DNA of 64,000 nt from an uncultured Alphaproteobacteria bacterium (GCA_902586855.1 CACIIZ010000001.1:54326-118325); one strand, 5' to 3'. Counted from the first letter of the stretch, positions 46,405-55,896 are shown. A program made the numbers and translations. Notes: generated from the sequence alone by a model not told the origin.

Positions 46405-46797
46405 CTAGGAAAATTTTTGAGGCTTGTAGGCTATTACTTCTATTTCTACCTTCACATCTACTAACAACTCATTTACTAAGGCAGACCTAGCCGGAGGGTC
46501 ATCAGGGAAGTATTCACTATAGATTTTATTAAAACCTGGGAAATCATTTTTGTCCTTAAGCCATACCATTGATTTGACCACGTCATCCAGTGTGCAATTT
46601 GCCAAGGAAAGGGTGTTTCTAATTTCTTCAATTACAGCTCTGGTTTGTTCTTCTATTCTTCCGCTCGTCATTACCGCTCCGTTTTTCATGGGGACTTGTC
46701 CTGTGCAAAAAATGAAATCACCGGCTTGTACAGCTCGTGAAAGAGATAACTCTCTTCCATTAATTATAAAGGGCTCCCCCAAGACTTTTTTTTTCAT
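46405..46797 (-). CDS. RidA/YjgF-family enamine/imine deaminase-like protein
   Basis: About 130 aa, YjgF-like (GQVP..., ...VEIEVIA). The ATG at 46797 has an AAGGTG SD; the track GTG at 46806 is an alternative. Confidence 0.8.
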   Translation of the reverse strand: MKKKVLGEPFIINGRELSLSRAVQAGDFIFCTGQVPMKNGAVMTSGRIEEQTRAVIEEIRNTLSLANCTLDDVVKSMVWLKDKNDFPGFNKIYSEYFPDDPPARSALVNELLVDVKVEIEVIAYKPQKFS

Positions 46798-46869
46798 ATC
46801 GTTCACCTTCTAAACGGTTCTACGCTGTTAAAAGAAGTTTATTTCTAAAATCCTCAAAAAAAGCGTACA

Positions 46870-46889
46870 ATTCTCAAACATGGGAGAAT
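46870..46889. promoter_or_regulatory. perfect inverted repeat ATTCTC-N8-GAGAAT in the divergent promoter region (candidate operator)
   Basis: Lies in the 131-bp spacer between the RidA operon (minus strand) and the aldehyde dehydrogenase operon (plus strand). Each half-site is followed by the direct repeat TCAAACA (46874-46880 and 46889-46895). Confidence 0.3.
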
Positions 46890-46928
46890 CAAACACTCTC
46901 CTACCACCACTATATTGGAGGTTCAGGC

Positions 46929-48410
46929 ATGACTGAAGTCAAAAAATATCAAATGCTTATTAATGGAAGCTGGACTAGCGGAATGGATAAAAAGTTTTTT
47001 GATAGTGTGAATCCGTATACAGGTCAGGTGTGGTGTAGGGTACCTGAGGCAAGTTCCAAAGATGTAGATGCTGCAGTGAGGGCTGCACATAAGGCTTTTA
47101 CAACCGGAGCTTGGGCTAAAATGACCCCAACCCAGAGAGGAGTTTGTTTAAGAAGGCTCGCAGATTTACTTTCTGAAACGTCAGAGCCTTTAGGTAAAAT
47201 AGAAACCATTGATACTGGGAAAATGCTTAAGGAAACGCGATGGCAGGCAAAGTATATTGCAGAGTTTTTTCACTTCTACGCTGGGTGCGCCGACAAAATT
47301 AGTGGGGAAACTTTGCCAATAGATAAACCTGACCTGGTTGTCTTCACGGAAAGGGAACCATTGGGGGTGGTTGCTGCAGTTGTCCCATGGAATTCTCAAT
47401 TATTCTTAGTTGCAGTTAAATTAGGACCTGCTCTTGCAGCTGGAAATACTGTGGTGCTTAAGGCTTCGGAGCATGCATCTGCAGCAATGTTAGAGTTTGG
47501 TAAACTTATTGAAAAGGCAGGATTTCCAGCTGGAGTTGTAAATATTATTACTGGTCACGGCGACCCGTGTGGAAGGGAATTGACATCCCATCCTTTGGTT
47601 TCGCGTATTTCCTTTACTGGGGGACCAAGGTCAGCACAAAGTATTATAAGAAATTCTTCTGAGAACTTTGCAGAAGTATCACTTGAATTAGGAGGTAAAT
47701 CACCTTTCATAGTTTTTGATGATGCAAATTTAGAAAGTGCTGTGAACGGATCCATTGCTGGAATTTTTGGTGCTACAGGTCAAAGCTGTGTAGCAGGGTC
47801 AAGATTATATTTGCACGAAAAAATTGCTGATGAATTTCTGGAAAAAATGTTACGAATTGTTCAAACCATTAATTTAGGTGATCCCCTTGAGGAGAAAACT
47901 CAAATGGGACCCTTATGCACGATGGGACAAATAGAAAATATTGAAACTGAATTAAGAGAAGCCCAATCTCAAGGTGGCGAGCTTTTATGTGGGGGTGGTA
48001 GACCTGAAAATTTAGAAGGTCATTTTTTTCAACCTACTATAATTTCTTGCCCCGACCAGTCCTTAAAAATTGTGGACACTGAGCTTTTTGGCCCTGTGTT
48101 GAGCGTATTAACTTTCCGAGAGGAAGAGGAGGCAATCAATCTTGCCAACGATACGAAGCATGGGCTGGCTGCTGGTATATTTAGCGAAAATAGTGCGCGA
48201 TCTATGCGAGTTGCGAAGTCGGTTAGGGCTGGTATAGTATGGGTAAACACGTATAGGGTAGTATCGCCCATAGCGCAGTTTGGGGGCTTTAAAGGTTCCG
48301 GTTATGGACGGGAAAGTGGTTTTCAAGCCATGTATGACTATACGCGTCCAAAAACCATCTGGTTGAATACATCAAATGAGCCAATGAGTAATCCTTTTGT
48401 AATGCGCTAA
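46929..48410 (+). CDS. NAD(P)-dependent aldehyde dehydrogenase
   Basis: 493 aa with ELGGKSP and catalytic Cys context GQSCVAGSR. GGAGG SD. Confidence 0.9.
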   Translation: MTEVKKYQMLINGSWTSGMDKKFFDSVNPYTGQVWCRVPEASSKDVDAAVRAAHKAFTTGAWAKMTPTQRGVCLRRLADLLSETSEPLGKIETIDTGKMLKETRWQAKYIAEFFHFYAGCADKISGETLPIDKPDLVVFTEREPLGVVAAVVPWNSQLFLVAVKLGPALAAGNTVVLKASEHASAAMLEFGKLIEKAGFPAGVVNIITGHGDPCGRELTSHPLVSRISFTGGPRSAQSIIRNSSENFAEVSLELGGKSPFIVFDDANLESAVNGSIAGIFGATGQSCVAGSRLYLHEKIADEFLEKMLRIVQTINLGDPLEEKTQMGPLCTMGQIENIETELREAQSQGGELLCGGGRPENLEGHFFQPTIISCPDQSLKIVDTELFGPVLSVLTFREEEEAINLANDTKHGLAAGIFSENSARSMRVAKSVRAGIVWVNTYRVVSPIAQFGGFKGSGYGRESGFQAMYDYTRPKTIWLNTSNEPMSNPFVMR

Positions 48411-48448
48411 TACCCATTATCGTTCTGTCAATTATTAAGGAGAAAGTA

Positions 48449-49252
48449 GTGACCCATGGTATAGAAGTAAAAAAGTCAGGAAAAGTACTAGAAGTTTGTC
48501 TCGATAGACCAAAGGTTAATGCGATTGATGTAAAAATGAGTCAAGAATTAGGCAAAGCTTTTGCTGAACTGAGAGATAATAATGACTTGTGGGTAGGGAT
48601 CTTAACAGCTCAAGGAGACAAGATTTTTTCAGCAGGTTGGGACCTTAAAGCTCTAAACTCTGGGGAAATGTCTTTAGAAAATTGGTGGGAAACTTCAGAT
48701 TATGGAGATGGAGGTTTTGCTGGTTTAACTGAAAACTGGGATTTGAATAAGCCAGTCATTGGTGCTTTAAATGGCTTGGTAATAGGGGGTGGTTTTGAAT
48801 TGGCACTAGGCTGTGATCTTTTAATTGCAGCTGAACATGTTGAATTTGGTTTGCCTGAGATGCCTCTCGGTATAGTGCCGGATGCAGGTGCTCTTCAACG
48901 CCTGCCACGAAGAATACCCTATAACATAGCCATGGAAATGTTCTTGTTGGGGCGTAGAATGTCTGCTGCTGAGGCAAAGCACTATGGTCTTATAAATAAA
49001 ATAGTAAAATCTGAAAATCTGTTAGATGAAGCTCGCGAGTGGGCGAGTCAGATCGCCTCGTCAGCTCCTTTGGCCATGCAAAGTGTGAAAGAAGTGTTGA
49101 GAGCAATAGAATGTCATCCATTAGAGTCGGCTTTTTCCAAGATGCGAAAAGATGACCTAGAAACTTATAAAAAAATGCTGAGTTCTAAGGATGCAGAAGA
49201 AGGTATAGCGGCGTTTGTTGAGCGGCGAGCCCCCAAGTTTAAGGGTGAGTGA
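48449..49252 (+). CDS. enoyl-CoA hydratase/isomerase (crotonase) family protein, CaiD-like
   Basis: 267 aa with a GTG start and AAGGAGAAAG SD. Crotonase motifs: FSAGWDLK and GGGFELALGCDL. Confidence 0.85.
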   Translation: MTHGIEVKKSGKVLEVCLDRPKVNAIDVKMSQELGKAFAELRDNNDLWVGILTAQGDKIFSAGWDLKALNSGEMSLENWWETSDYGDGGFAGLTENWDLNKPVIGALNGLVIGGGFELALGCDLLIAAEHVEFGLPEMPLGIVPDAGALQRLPRRIPYNIAMEMFLLGRRMSAAEAKHYGLINKIVKSENLLDEAREWASQIASSAPLAMQSVKEVLRAIECHPLESAFSKMRKDDLETYKKMLSSKDAEEGIAAFVERRAPKFKGE

Positions 49253-50199
49253 TGAAGCTAATTGATCTAAGTAGCGTAGAGAGGGTTTGTAGCATTGGAG
49301 GTGGTCCAATAGGGGCTGGTTGGGCAGCCTTTTTCTTATCGAAGGGTCTTTCCGTAAAGGCTTATTTACATTCAGAAAGAGAGGAAGACAGCTTTCGGTC
49401 AATGATTGACACAGCCTGGATCTCGTTAGAGAAATTAACTGATCTAGTCAATGTCAACCTAGATTTAATACAAGTAAGCACAGACCTAGACGATGCTGTT
49501 CAAGATGCCGACTTCATTCAAGAAAGTGCCCCAGAAATTTTATCCTTAAAACAAGATCTTTATAATCATTTAGGAAAAATTGTTCGCAGTGACGTTGTGA
49601 TTTGTTCCTCCACTTCCGGTTTGACAATGTCGGAAATCCAGGCGCATTGTCAAACAGCTGAGAGAACGGTAGTTGCTCATCCATTCAACCCACCATATTT
49701 ACTACCGTTGGTAGAAATAGTGGGAGGAAAGAAGACCAATCCAGAGGCGGTTGACTGGGCGAAAAACTTTTATGAACGTATCGGTAAAGTTCCTTTAGTC
49801 ATGAACAAAGAAATTCCTGGCTTTATTGCCACAAGACTACAAGAAGCTTTGTGGAGGGAGGCATTACACATGGTAGTTAATGAAGAGGCAACTCCAGAGC
49901 AAATAGACAAAGCTCTGATTAATGGTCCTGGCCCCAGACTGGCAATTCAGGGGCAATGTCTTGCATTTCATGTTGCTTGTGGAGAAGGAGGTATGGCCAC
50001 TAACTTAGATCAATTTGGACCCGCTTTAAAACTACCTTGGACAAGATTGCATGCTCCTAAATTGACGAAGAAATTAAGAGACTCAATGGTTTTAGGCTGT
50101 AATGATATGACCAAAGACCAGGACTTTCAAAGCCTTGCCCTTGAACGGGATAGGAAGATAGTGGAGATTTTAAAAGTACAAAAAACAAATGCTTCTTAA
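49252..50199 (+). CDS. 3-hydroxyacyl-CoA-dehydrogenase-fold NAD enzyme, L-carnitine dehydrogenase-like
   Basis: About 315 aa. The N-terminus IGGGPIGAGWAAFFLSKGLSV resembles the LcdH / L-gulonate 3-dehydrogenase subgroup (GxGxIGxxWA). A BKACE gene follows directly. TGATG overlap with the upstream gene. Confidence 0.65.
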   Translation: MKLIDLSSVERVCSIGGGPIGAGWAAFFLSKGLSVKAYLHSEREEDSFRSMIDTAWISLEKLTDLVNVNLDLIQVSTDLDDAVQDADFIQESAPEILSLKQDLYNHLGKIVRSDVVICSSTSGLTMSEIQAHCQTAERTVVAHPFNPPYLLPLVEIVGGKKTNPEAVDWAKNFYERIGKVPLVMNKEIPGFIATRLQEALWREALHMVVNEEATPEQIDKALINGPGPRLAIQGQCLAFHVACGEGGMATNLDQFGPALKLPWTRLHAPKLTKKLRDSMVLGCNDMTKDQDFQSLALERDRKIVEILKVQKTNAS

Positions 50200-50232
50200 T
50201 TTGCTGAGATTAAATTGAATAGGGAGGTTGGC

Positions 50233-51120
50233 ATGAACTTTGAAGTGGTTATTACATGTGCGGTTACAGGTGCTGGAGACACGGTAGGCAAGAGTGATAA
50301 GGTTCCAATTACCCCTAAAGAAATAGCAAATGAAGCATTATCTGCTGCCGAAGCTGGAGCCACGTCAGTGCATTTACATGTTAGAGACCCTGAAACTGGG
50401 AAAGGTTCAAGAGATCCTAAGCTTTTCAAAGAAACTATCGATAGACTACGTGACAATAAACAAGACGTAATAATTAATCTTACAGCTGGGATGGGTGGTG
50501 ATTGGGTTGTTAACCCCAACAACCTAATTGAACCGGGACCTGGTACAGATATGATTAATGCTGAGGAAAGGTTGGCACATGTTAAGGAATGTTTGCCAGA
50601 GATTTGTTCTATAGATTGTGGAACTATGAATTTTGGAAACGATAACGAGATTTATATTTCAACTCCGCCATTTTTGAGGCAGATGGCACAATTAACTCAA
50701 GAGTGGGGTGTGAAACCTGAGCTAGAGGTTTTTGATCTCGGGCATATCCGTTTTGCTAAGGAAATGATTAAAGAGGGGCTGGTTGACGAGCCTCCTTTAT
50801 TTCAAATTTGTTTAGGAATTCCTTGGGGAGCTGAACAATCTGTTGATACGATGAAAATTATGAAAGATCATTTGCCGGCAAACTGTTTTTGGGCAGGATT
50901 TGGTATTTCCCGTATGCAAATGCCTATGGTAGCCGCTGCCGTGACTTTAGGAGGAAATGTTCGGGTGGGACTAGAGGACAATTTATACCTAAAAAAAGGA
51001 ATACTGGCTTCGAATGCAGATCTGGTTATTAATGCTAAAAACATTGTTGAACTTATGGGTGGTAGAGTTCTAACCCCAGAGGAAGCAAGGAAAAAGTTTC
51101 AACTGAAAAAGCAAGCCTAG
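50233..51120 (+). CDS. beta-keto acid cleavage enzyme (BKACE; 3-keto-5-aminohexanoate cleavage family, DUF849)
   Basis: About 295 aa from the ATG at 50233. ITCAVTGAGDT and SVHLHVRDPETG are typical of BKACE TIM barrels. Confidence 0.8.
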   Translation: MNFEVVITCAVTGAGDTVGKSDKVPITPKEIANEALSAAEAGATSVHLHVRDPETGKGSRDPKLFKETIDRLRDNKQDVIINLTAGMGGDWVVNPNNLIEPGPGTDMINAEERLAHVKECLPEICSIDCGTMNFGNDNEIYISTPPFLRQMAQLTQEWGVKPELEVFDLGHIRFAKEMIKEGLVDEPPLFQICLGIPWGAEQSVDTMKIMKDHLPANCFWAGFGISRMQMPMVAAAVTLGGNVRVGLEDNLYLKKGILASNADLVINAKNIVELMGGRVLTPEEARKKFQLKKQA

Positions 51121-51153
51121 TAATCAAACAAATTAAAAAGGAGGAAGAGAAGA

Positions 51154-52314
51154 TTGGATCAAGTGACCAGCTCAGAAAATTCCCTTCTGCTGATGACTGT
51201 TAGTAAGTTCTTGGAAGAAGAAATTTTACCACATGAAGATGAAGTTGATAAGACTGGTGAAGTTAGTCCAGACTTAGGAAGACAAATTGAAACACGAGCC
51301 AAAGAGGTGGGCTTGTTTGCTGCCAATCTGCCAGTTGAAGTTGGAGGAGGAGGTTTGGATTATCGTTCTATGATGGTCTTGGAGAGGGAGTACGGAAAAA
51401 CTTCCCATGCATTGCACTCCTGGATTGCCCGACCTACTGAAATTTTACTTGCTTGTAATGAAGAGCAAAGAGAAGAGTTTCTATATCCTTGTGTTAAGGG
51501 AGATAAGAGAGAATTATTTGCCCTCACTGAACCAGGAGCTGGTTCGGATGTCATGGGAATGAAATCAAATGCTGTAAAAAACGGTGATGATTGGATTTTG
51601 AATGGGTCTAAGCACTTCATATCTGGACCGTGTATGCCTCATTTTGCGATTGTTTTTGCTGTGACTGGAGAGGACAAGACAAAAAGAGGTGTCCGCAAAA
51701 GAATTACTGCTTTTTTGGTTAATCGAGGAGAAAAAGGGTTTGATATAAGGGAGGGAACTAAATGCGTCAGTTATCGTGGATACAAAACTTTTGCACTAAA
51801 CTTCAATGATGTAAGACTTTCCAAGAGAATGGTTCTCGGAAAAGAAGGGGAAGGATTAAAGCTTTCTGGTAAATGGCTGGGTATGGGACGCATATGGGTT
51901 GGTGCTTCCTGTTGTGGGAAGGCTGAACGTATGATTAAGTTGGCATCGGAGTGGGCTGCCGATAGAAAGCAATTTGGACAACCTATTGGGAAATTTCAAG
52001 GAATAGGCTTTCGTCTAGCTGACATGGCAGTAGGGCTAAAAGCAGCAGATTTAATGGTCCATGACGCTGTAGATAAAGCAGAAAATAAAATCATGAAAGA
52101 TGAGGATGCAGCTATGGTAAAGCTTTTTTGCTCAGAGATGGTTAATAAGGTTGCTGACGATACTGTTCAAATATTTGGTGGAATGGGTCTAATGGAAGAA
52201 ATGCCCATCCAAAGATTATGGAGAGATAGCCGCCTAGAGAAAATTTGGGATGGTACATCGGAAATACAGCGACATATAATTGCCAGATCGATACTGCGAC
52301 CTCTCGGGGCATGA
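51154..52314 (+). CDS. acyl-CoA dehydrogenase family protein (CaiA-like position)
   Basis: 386 aa with a TTG start and AAGGAGGAAG SD. ALTEPGAGSD, QIFGGMG and a C-terminal EIQRHIIAR. Confidence 0.9.
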   Translation: MDQVTSSENSLLLMTVSKFLEEEILPHEDEVDKTGEVSPDLGRQIETRAKEVGLFAANLPVEVGGGGLDYRSMMVLEREYGKTSHALHSWIARPTEILLACNEEQREEFLYPCVKGDKRELFALTEPGAGSDVMGMKSNAVKNGDDWILNGSKHFISGPCMPHFAIVFAVTGEDKTKRGVRKRITAFLVNRGEKGFDIREGTKCVSYRGYKTFALNFNDVRLSKRMVLGKEGEGLKLSGKWLGMGRIWVGASCCGKAERMIKLASEWAADRKQFGQPIGKFQGIGFRLADMAVGLKAADLMVHDAVDKAENKIMKDEDAAMVKLFCSEMVNKVADDTVQIFGGMGLMEEMPIQRLWRDSRLEKIWDGTSEIQRHIIARSILRPLGA

Positions 52315-54407
52315 GACTAAATCAAACTAAAAACTTAGGTCGATTATTAAGACCCTCACAAATTGCTTTCGTTGGCGGTTCTGACGCGGAGGTGGCAATT
52401 AATGAAGCAATAAGACGTGGGTTTTCGGGATCGATCTGGCCCGTAAATCCCTCTCGAGATCATATGGCTGGCTATAAATGCTTTAAATCGGTTTTAGATT
52501 TGCCATTCGGGCCAGACGCTGTTTTTCTTGCTATTCCTGCCAAAAAGGTTTTGAAAACCATAAATGAACTTCGTGAAGTCTCAGCAGGTGGAATCGTGTG
52601 CTACACGGCTGGATTTCGGGAGATAGGAGAAACGGGTTTTTTGATTGAAAAGGAACTTGTAAAAGACCTAGGCGACATGGTTATGGTTGGTCCAAATTGT
52701 TATGGGGTGATCAATTATTTGGAGGAATATGCTCTGTGGCCCTTTGCACATGGTGGATTTTGTCCAGGTTATGGGGCAGCGATAATTACGCAGAGTGGAA
52801 TGCTTTCTTCCGATATCACTATGAGTCAAAGATCTTTGCCTTTAACACACATGATATCCTTGGGTAACCAGGCTTCCTTAAAGAGTGCTGATTTCATAAA
52901 GTACTTAAGTACCTCTAGGCCAGTTAGGGCATTTGGACTTCACATCGAGAGTATAGAAGATATACAAGATTTCGAGATGGCCGCATTGAAAGCATTGAAA
53001 GCGAACAAACCCATCGTAGTTTTAAAAACAGGAACTTCCCAAATAGGGGCTAATCTCACCAAAAGTCATACGGGATCATTTGCTGGCTCAAATGAAATTT
53101 ACAACGCTTTATTTGAGCGATTAGGAATAATTACCGTTAGCACGCCATCAGAATTAATTGAAACTCTTAAGTTTATCTGTATCTCGGGTATTCCAAGAGG
53201 GAAGAAATGTGCAGCTTTTACTTGTTCTGGTGGTGGAGCGACTCTCGTAGCGGATTTTGGAGAAAAATTAGGTCTAGAATTCCCAGGTTTTTCATCATTT
53301 GATTCAGGAATTGTTTCTAAGCTTTTGCCCAGTATAGCAACAGTATCTAACCCACTAGACTATACCACACCAATTTGGGGAAAGAAAGAATTCACCAAGC
53401 CACTTTTTGCGAATGTTTTAGAAAAATTAGAGGTGGATTGTACCTTGATTGTGCAAGACTATCCTCTCAAGGGGCTTGATGATACAAAAGTACATTATTT
53501 AACAGATGGAAAAGCTTTTTCTGAAGCAGCTTCAGAAAAAAGAATTCCTGGTGCAATTGTCTCAACAATATCGGAAAATATAGATGAGCAGACACGAAAT
53601 ACGTTTCTGTCCAAGGGCATTGCTCCCTTACAAGGTTTAGCAGACTCCCTTCAAGCCATATCCAAAGCGGGTTCATGGGATCTTAATAGAAAGAAGATTT
53701 TAGGTAGAAATAACCTGCCTTTGTTTCCTAGTGCTCCCTTAAAAAACTTATCTTACGTCGATGAATGGGAGGCTAAGACTTTAATCTCTGAAGAAGGTGT
53801 GTGCATCCCAAAAGGAGTAAAGTCTGCAGTTGAAAATATAATGGAGAGCGCAAATAAAATTGGGTTTCCGCTTGCGGTGAAACTATTGAGCAAAGATCTA
53901 CTCCATAAAACTGAACTGGGGGCAGTGCATTTAAATATCAGAAACGAACTGGAGCTAAGAAGATCGGTAATGAAAATCAGGTATAATCTAGAACGCTACC
54001 AAGACAAATATGATGTAAATTCCTTCTTATTAGAAGAAATGGTTCCCAAGCCTATATGTGAATTAATTGTAGGTATTAGACGTGACCCACACTTTGGTCT
54101 TGTCCTAACACTAGGTTCTGGGGGGGTTTTTGCTGATTTAATCAACGATTACCAGTTGCTACTTTTGCCTGCCCAGCGGAAGGAAATTTTCCAAAAGATT
54201 ATGTTATTAAAGGTTGGAAAGATTATAGCTGGTTATAGGGGACTTATAGGATCTAACTCAAATATGGTGGTCGATTGCATTGACAAGTTGGTCATGTTCG
54301 TTTCAAAAAAGGGTTCTAGAATTGCAGAACTTGAAATTAATCCTCTGTATGTCTTTGAAGAAAAGGTCATAGCCATTGATACCCTGTTGGCAAGAGAACA
54401 ATCATAA
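52311..54407 (+). CDS. ADP-forming acyl-CoA synthetase family protein (CoA-binding + succinyl-CoA-synthetase-like + ATP-grasp domains)
   Basis: About 698 aa from the ATG at 52311 (ATGA overlap with the ACAD stop). N-terminus LLRPSQIAFVGGS is the CoA-binding fold, and the C-terminus is ATP-grasp (FPLAVKLLS...HKTELGAV). The track's N-terminal extension is out of context. Confidence 0.8.
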   Translation: MRLNQTKNLGRLLRPSQIAFVGGSDAEVAINEAIRRGFSGSIWPVNPSRDHMAGYKCFKSVLDLPFGPDAVFLAIPAKKVLKTINELREVSAGGIVCYTAGFREIGETGFLIEKELVKDLGDMVMVGPNCYGVINYLEEYALWPFAHGGFCPGYGAAIITQSGMLSSDITMSQRSLPLTHMISLGNQASLKSADFIKYLSTSRPVRAFGLHIESIEDIQDFEMAALKALKANKPIVVLKTGTSQIGANLTKSHTGSFAGSNEIYNALFERLGIITVSTPSELIETLKFICISGIPRGKKCAAFTCSGGGATLVADFGEKLGLEFPGFSSFDSGIVSKLLPSIATVSNPLDYTTPIWGKKEFTKPLFANVLEKLEVDCTLIVQDYPLKGLDDTKVHYLTDGKAFSEAASEKRIPGAIVSTISENIDEQTRNTFLSKGIAPLQGLADSLQAISKAGSWDLNRKKILGRNNLPLFPSAPLKNLSYVDEWEAKTLISEEGVCIPKGVKSAVENIMESANKIGFPLAVKLLSKDLLHKTELGAVHLNIRNELELRRSVMKIRYNLERYQDKYDVNSFLLEEMVPKPICELIVGIRRDPHFGLVLTLGSGGVFADLINDYQLLLLPAQRKEIFQKIMLLKVGKIIAGYRGLIGSNSNMVVDCIDKLVMFVSKKGSRIAELEINPLYVFEEKVIAIDTLLAREQS

Positions 54408-54553
54408 TTCCAGTTTTTTAACTGTATGATTGTCTTCAGAAAAGGTATTTGCATGTCCAAGTTTGTTGAAAGAATACCTCGCTTGGATTACGCTTTTCGT
54501 TAGCTTATGTAATTAATTCTTTATGGGATAGATCTTTTAGGTTAGCCTAAATT

Positions 54554-55726
54554 ATGAGAGCATTTGAGGGAATTCGTGTACTAGATCTCACCCATGTATT
54601 TGCGGGCCCTTTTTGTACCTTTCAACTGGCAGTGATGGGTGCAGATGTCATAAAGATCGAATCGCCTCATTTTCCTGACATGATGAGAGATGAAGGGAAC
54701 TCAGAAGCTTTAAACAGTTTGGGGCTAAGCAACTTTTTTGTTTGTCAAAACAGCGAAAAAAAATCACTCTCTCTTGATTTGGAATTAGGTAGTGACAGAA
54801 AAGTTTTTCTGAAATTGGTGAAAACGGCTGACGTATTAGTCCAAAATTATTCTGGTAAGGCTATGGAAAGATTAGGTTTATCTTATGAAAAACTTAAAAT
54901 AATTAATCCTAAACTCATCTATTGTTCCATGACTGGATTTGGTCAGACAGGACCAAAGGCAGAAGACCCAGCCTATGATTCAGTAATACAAGCCTATTCT
55001 GGTTTGATGGAACTAAACGGTCTTAAAAGTACTGGTCCAATGCGTGTAGGGCCTGCTATAGTTGATTACGGTACGGGCATTCATGCAGCATTTGCCATCT
55101 CATCGGCTCTCTACAGGCGGACAGTTACGGGAGAAGGATTAGAGATTGATCTTTCAATGTTGGATGCTGCTTTAATGCTTATGACCTCTACAGTATCAGA
55201 CTGTTTAGCTTCTGGGATCTCTCAGCCAAATCACGGTAACAACCACCCAGATTATGCAGGGTATGGAACTTATGCTGCAAAGGATAGAATGATTATGATA
55301 GGTGCCTTTACAAAAAGGCAGTTAAATAATTTGTTTCTAGCGTTAGGATTGAAGGAGCAGGCGGGACAAGTTTCTGGCATGAAAAAATCAGAAATCAAAG
55401 AAAATAATTCTAGATTTAGATTTCTCATAGAGAAAGTAATAGAAACCAAAACTGCAGATCATTGGGAGACTAAGCTGAATTCTTTCCATGTGCCAGCAGC
55501 CAAAGTTCGCACGTTAGTGGAAGCATTAAGGAGTGATCAAATAAGATCTAGGAGAGTGTTGCAAAATTCTTTTCTAACGGAAGCCCCTTGTCATCCGAAG
55601 GTCTTGCCTGTCGCAGCTTTTTCCTATTCGAAGGGGTCTCCAGAAATTACTAGAGCAGCTCCAAGAATTGGGAGAGATAATGTAAAAATCATTAAAAATG
55701 CAAGTGATTCTCTCAAGAAAATATAA
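54554..55726 (+). CDS. family III (CaiB/BaiF) CoA-transferase
   Basis: 390 aa with IRVLDLTHVFAGPFCTFQLAVMGADVIKIE and the later GPAIVDYGTG region. Confidence 0.85.
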   Translation: MRAFEGIRVLDLTHVFAGPFCTFQLAVMGADVIKIESPHFPDMMRDEGNSEALNSLGLSNFFVCQNSEKKSLSLDLELGSDRKVFLKLVKTADVLVQNYSGKAMERLGLSYEKLKIINPKLIYCSMTGFGQTGPKAEDPAYDSVIQAYSGLMELNGLKSTGPMRVGPAIVDYGTGIHAAFAISSALYRRTVTGEGLEIDLSMLDAALMLMTSTVSDCLASGISQPNHGNNHPDYAGYGTYAAKDRMIMIGAFTKRQLNNLFLALGLKEQAGQVSGMKKSEIKENNSRFRFLIEKVIETKTADHWETKLNSFHVPAAKVRTLVEALRSDQIRSRRVLQNSFLTEAPCHPKVLPVAAFSYSKGSPEITRAAPRIGRDNVKIIKNASDSLKKI

Positions 55727-55896
55727 AACTAAAAATATAAACCTATGATTTTAATGTGGAAATTGGTTTAATTCGAGAATTTGTAATTAACTGTTGAAAT
55801 CAGGTGCTGCACCGATTTACAATGTGCACTCATCACTAGAGCTACTGTTCATTAATTTGACAGTGGACATAAAGAACTATTTTTGGAGGAACACTA

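Noticed and set aside
50196-50522. 108-aa minus-strand ORF overlapping the BKACE start
   Set aside because: It is antisense to the conserved BKACE N-terminus, has a Ser/Leu-rich translation and no SD.
52245-52310. N-terminal extensions in the ORF track (also 5755-5802, 10998-11039, 24623-24670, 26716-26748, 45578-45592)
   Set aside because: In each case an internal start with a better SD, stop/start coupling to the upstream gene, or a proper signal peptide or family N-terminus explains the gene. The longer version would overlap the neighbouring gene substantially.
54443-54479. Hairpin AGGTATT-N23-AATACCT after the acyl-CoA ligase gene as a terminator
   Set aside because: A 7-bp AT-rich stem with a 23-nt loop and no T-run is thermodynamically unconvincing.
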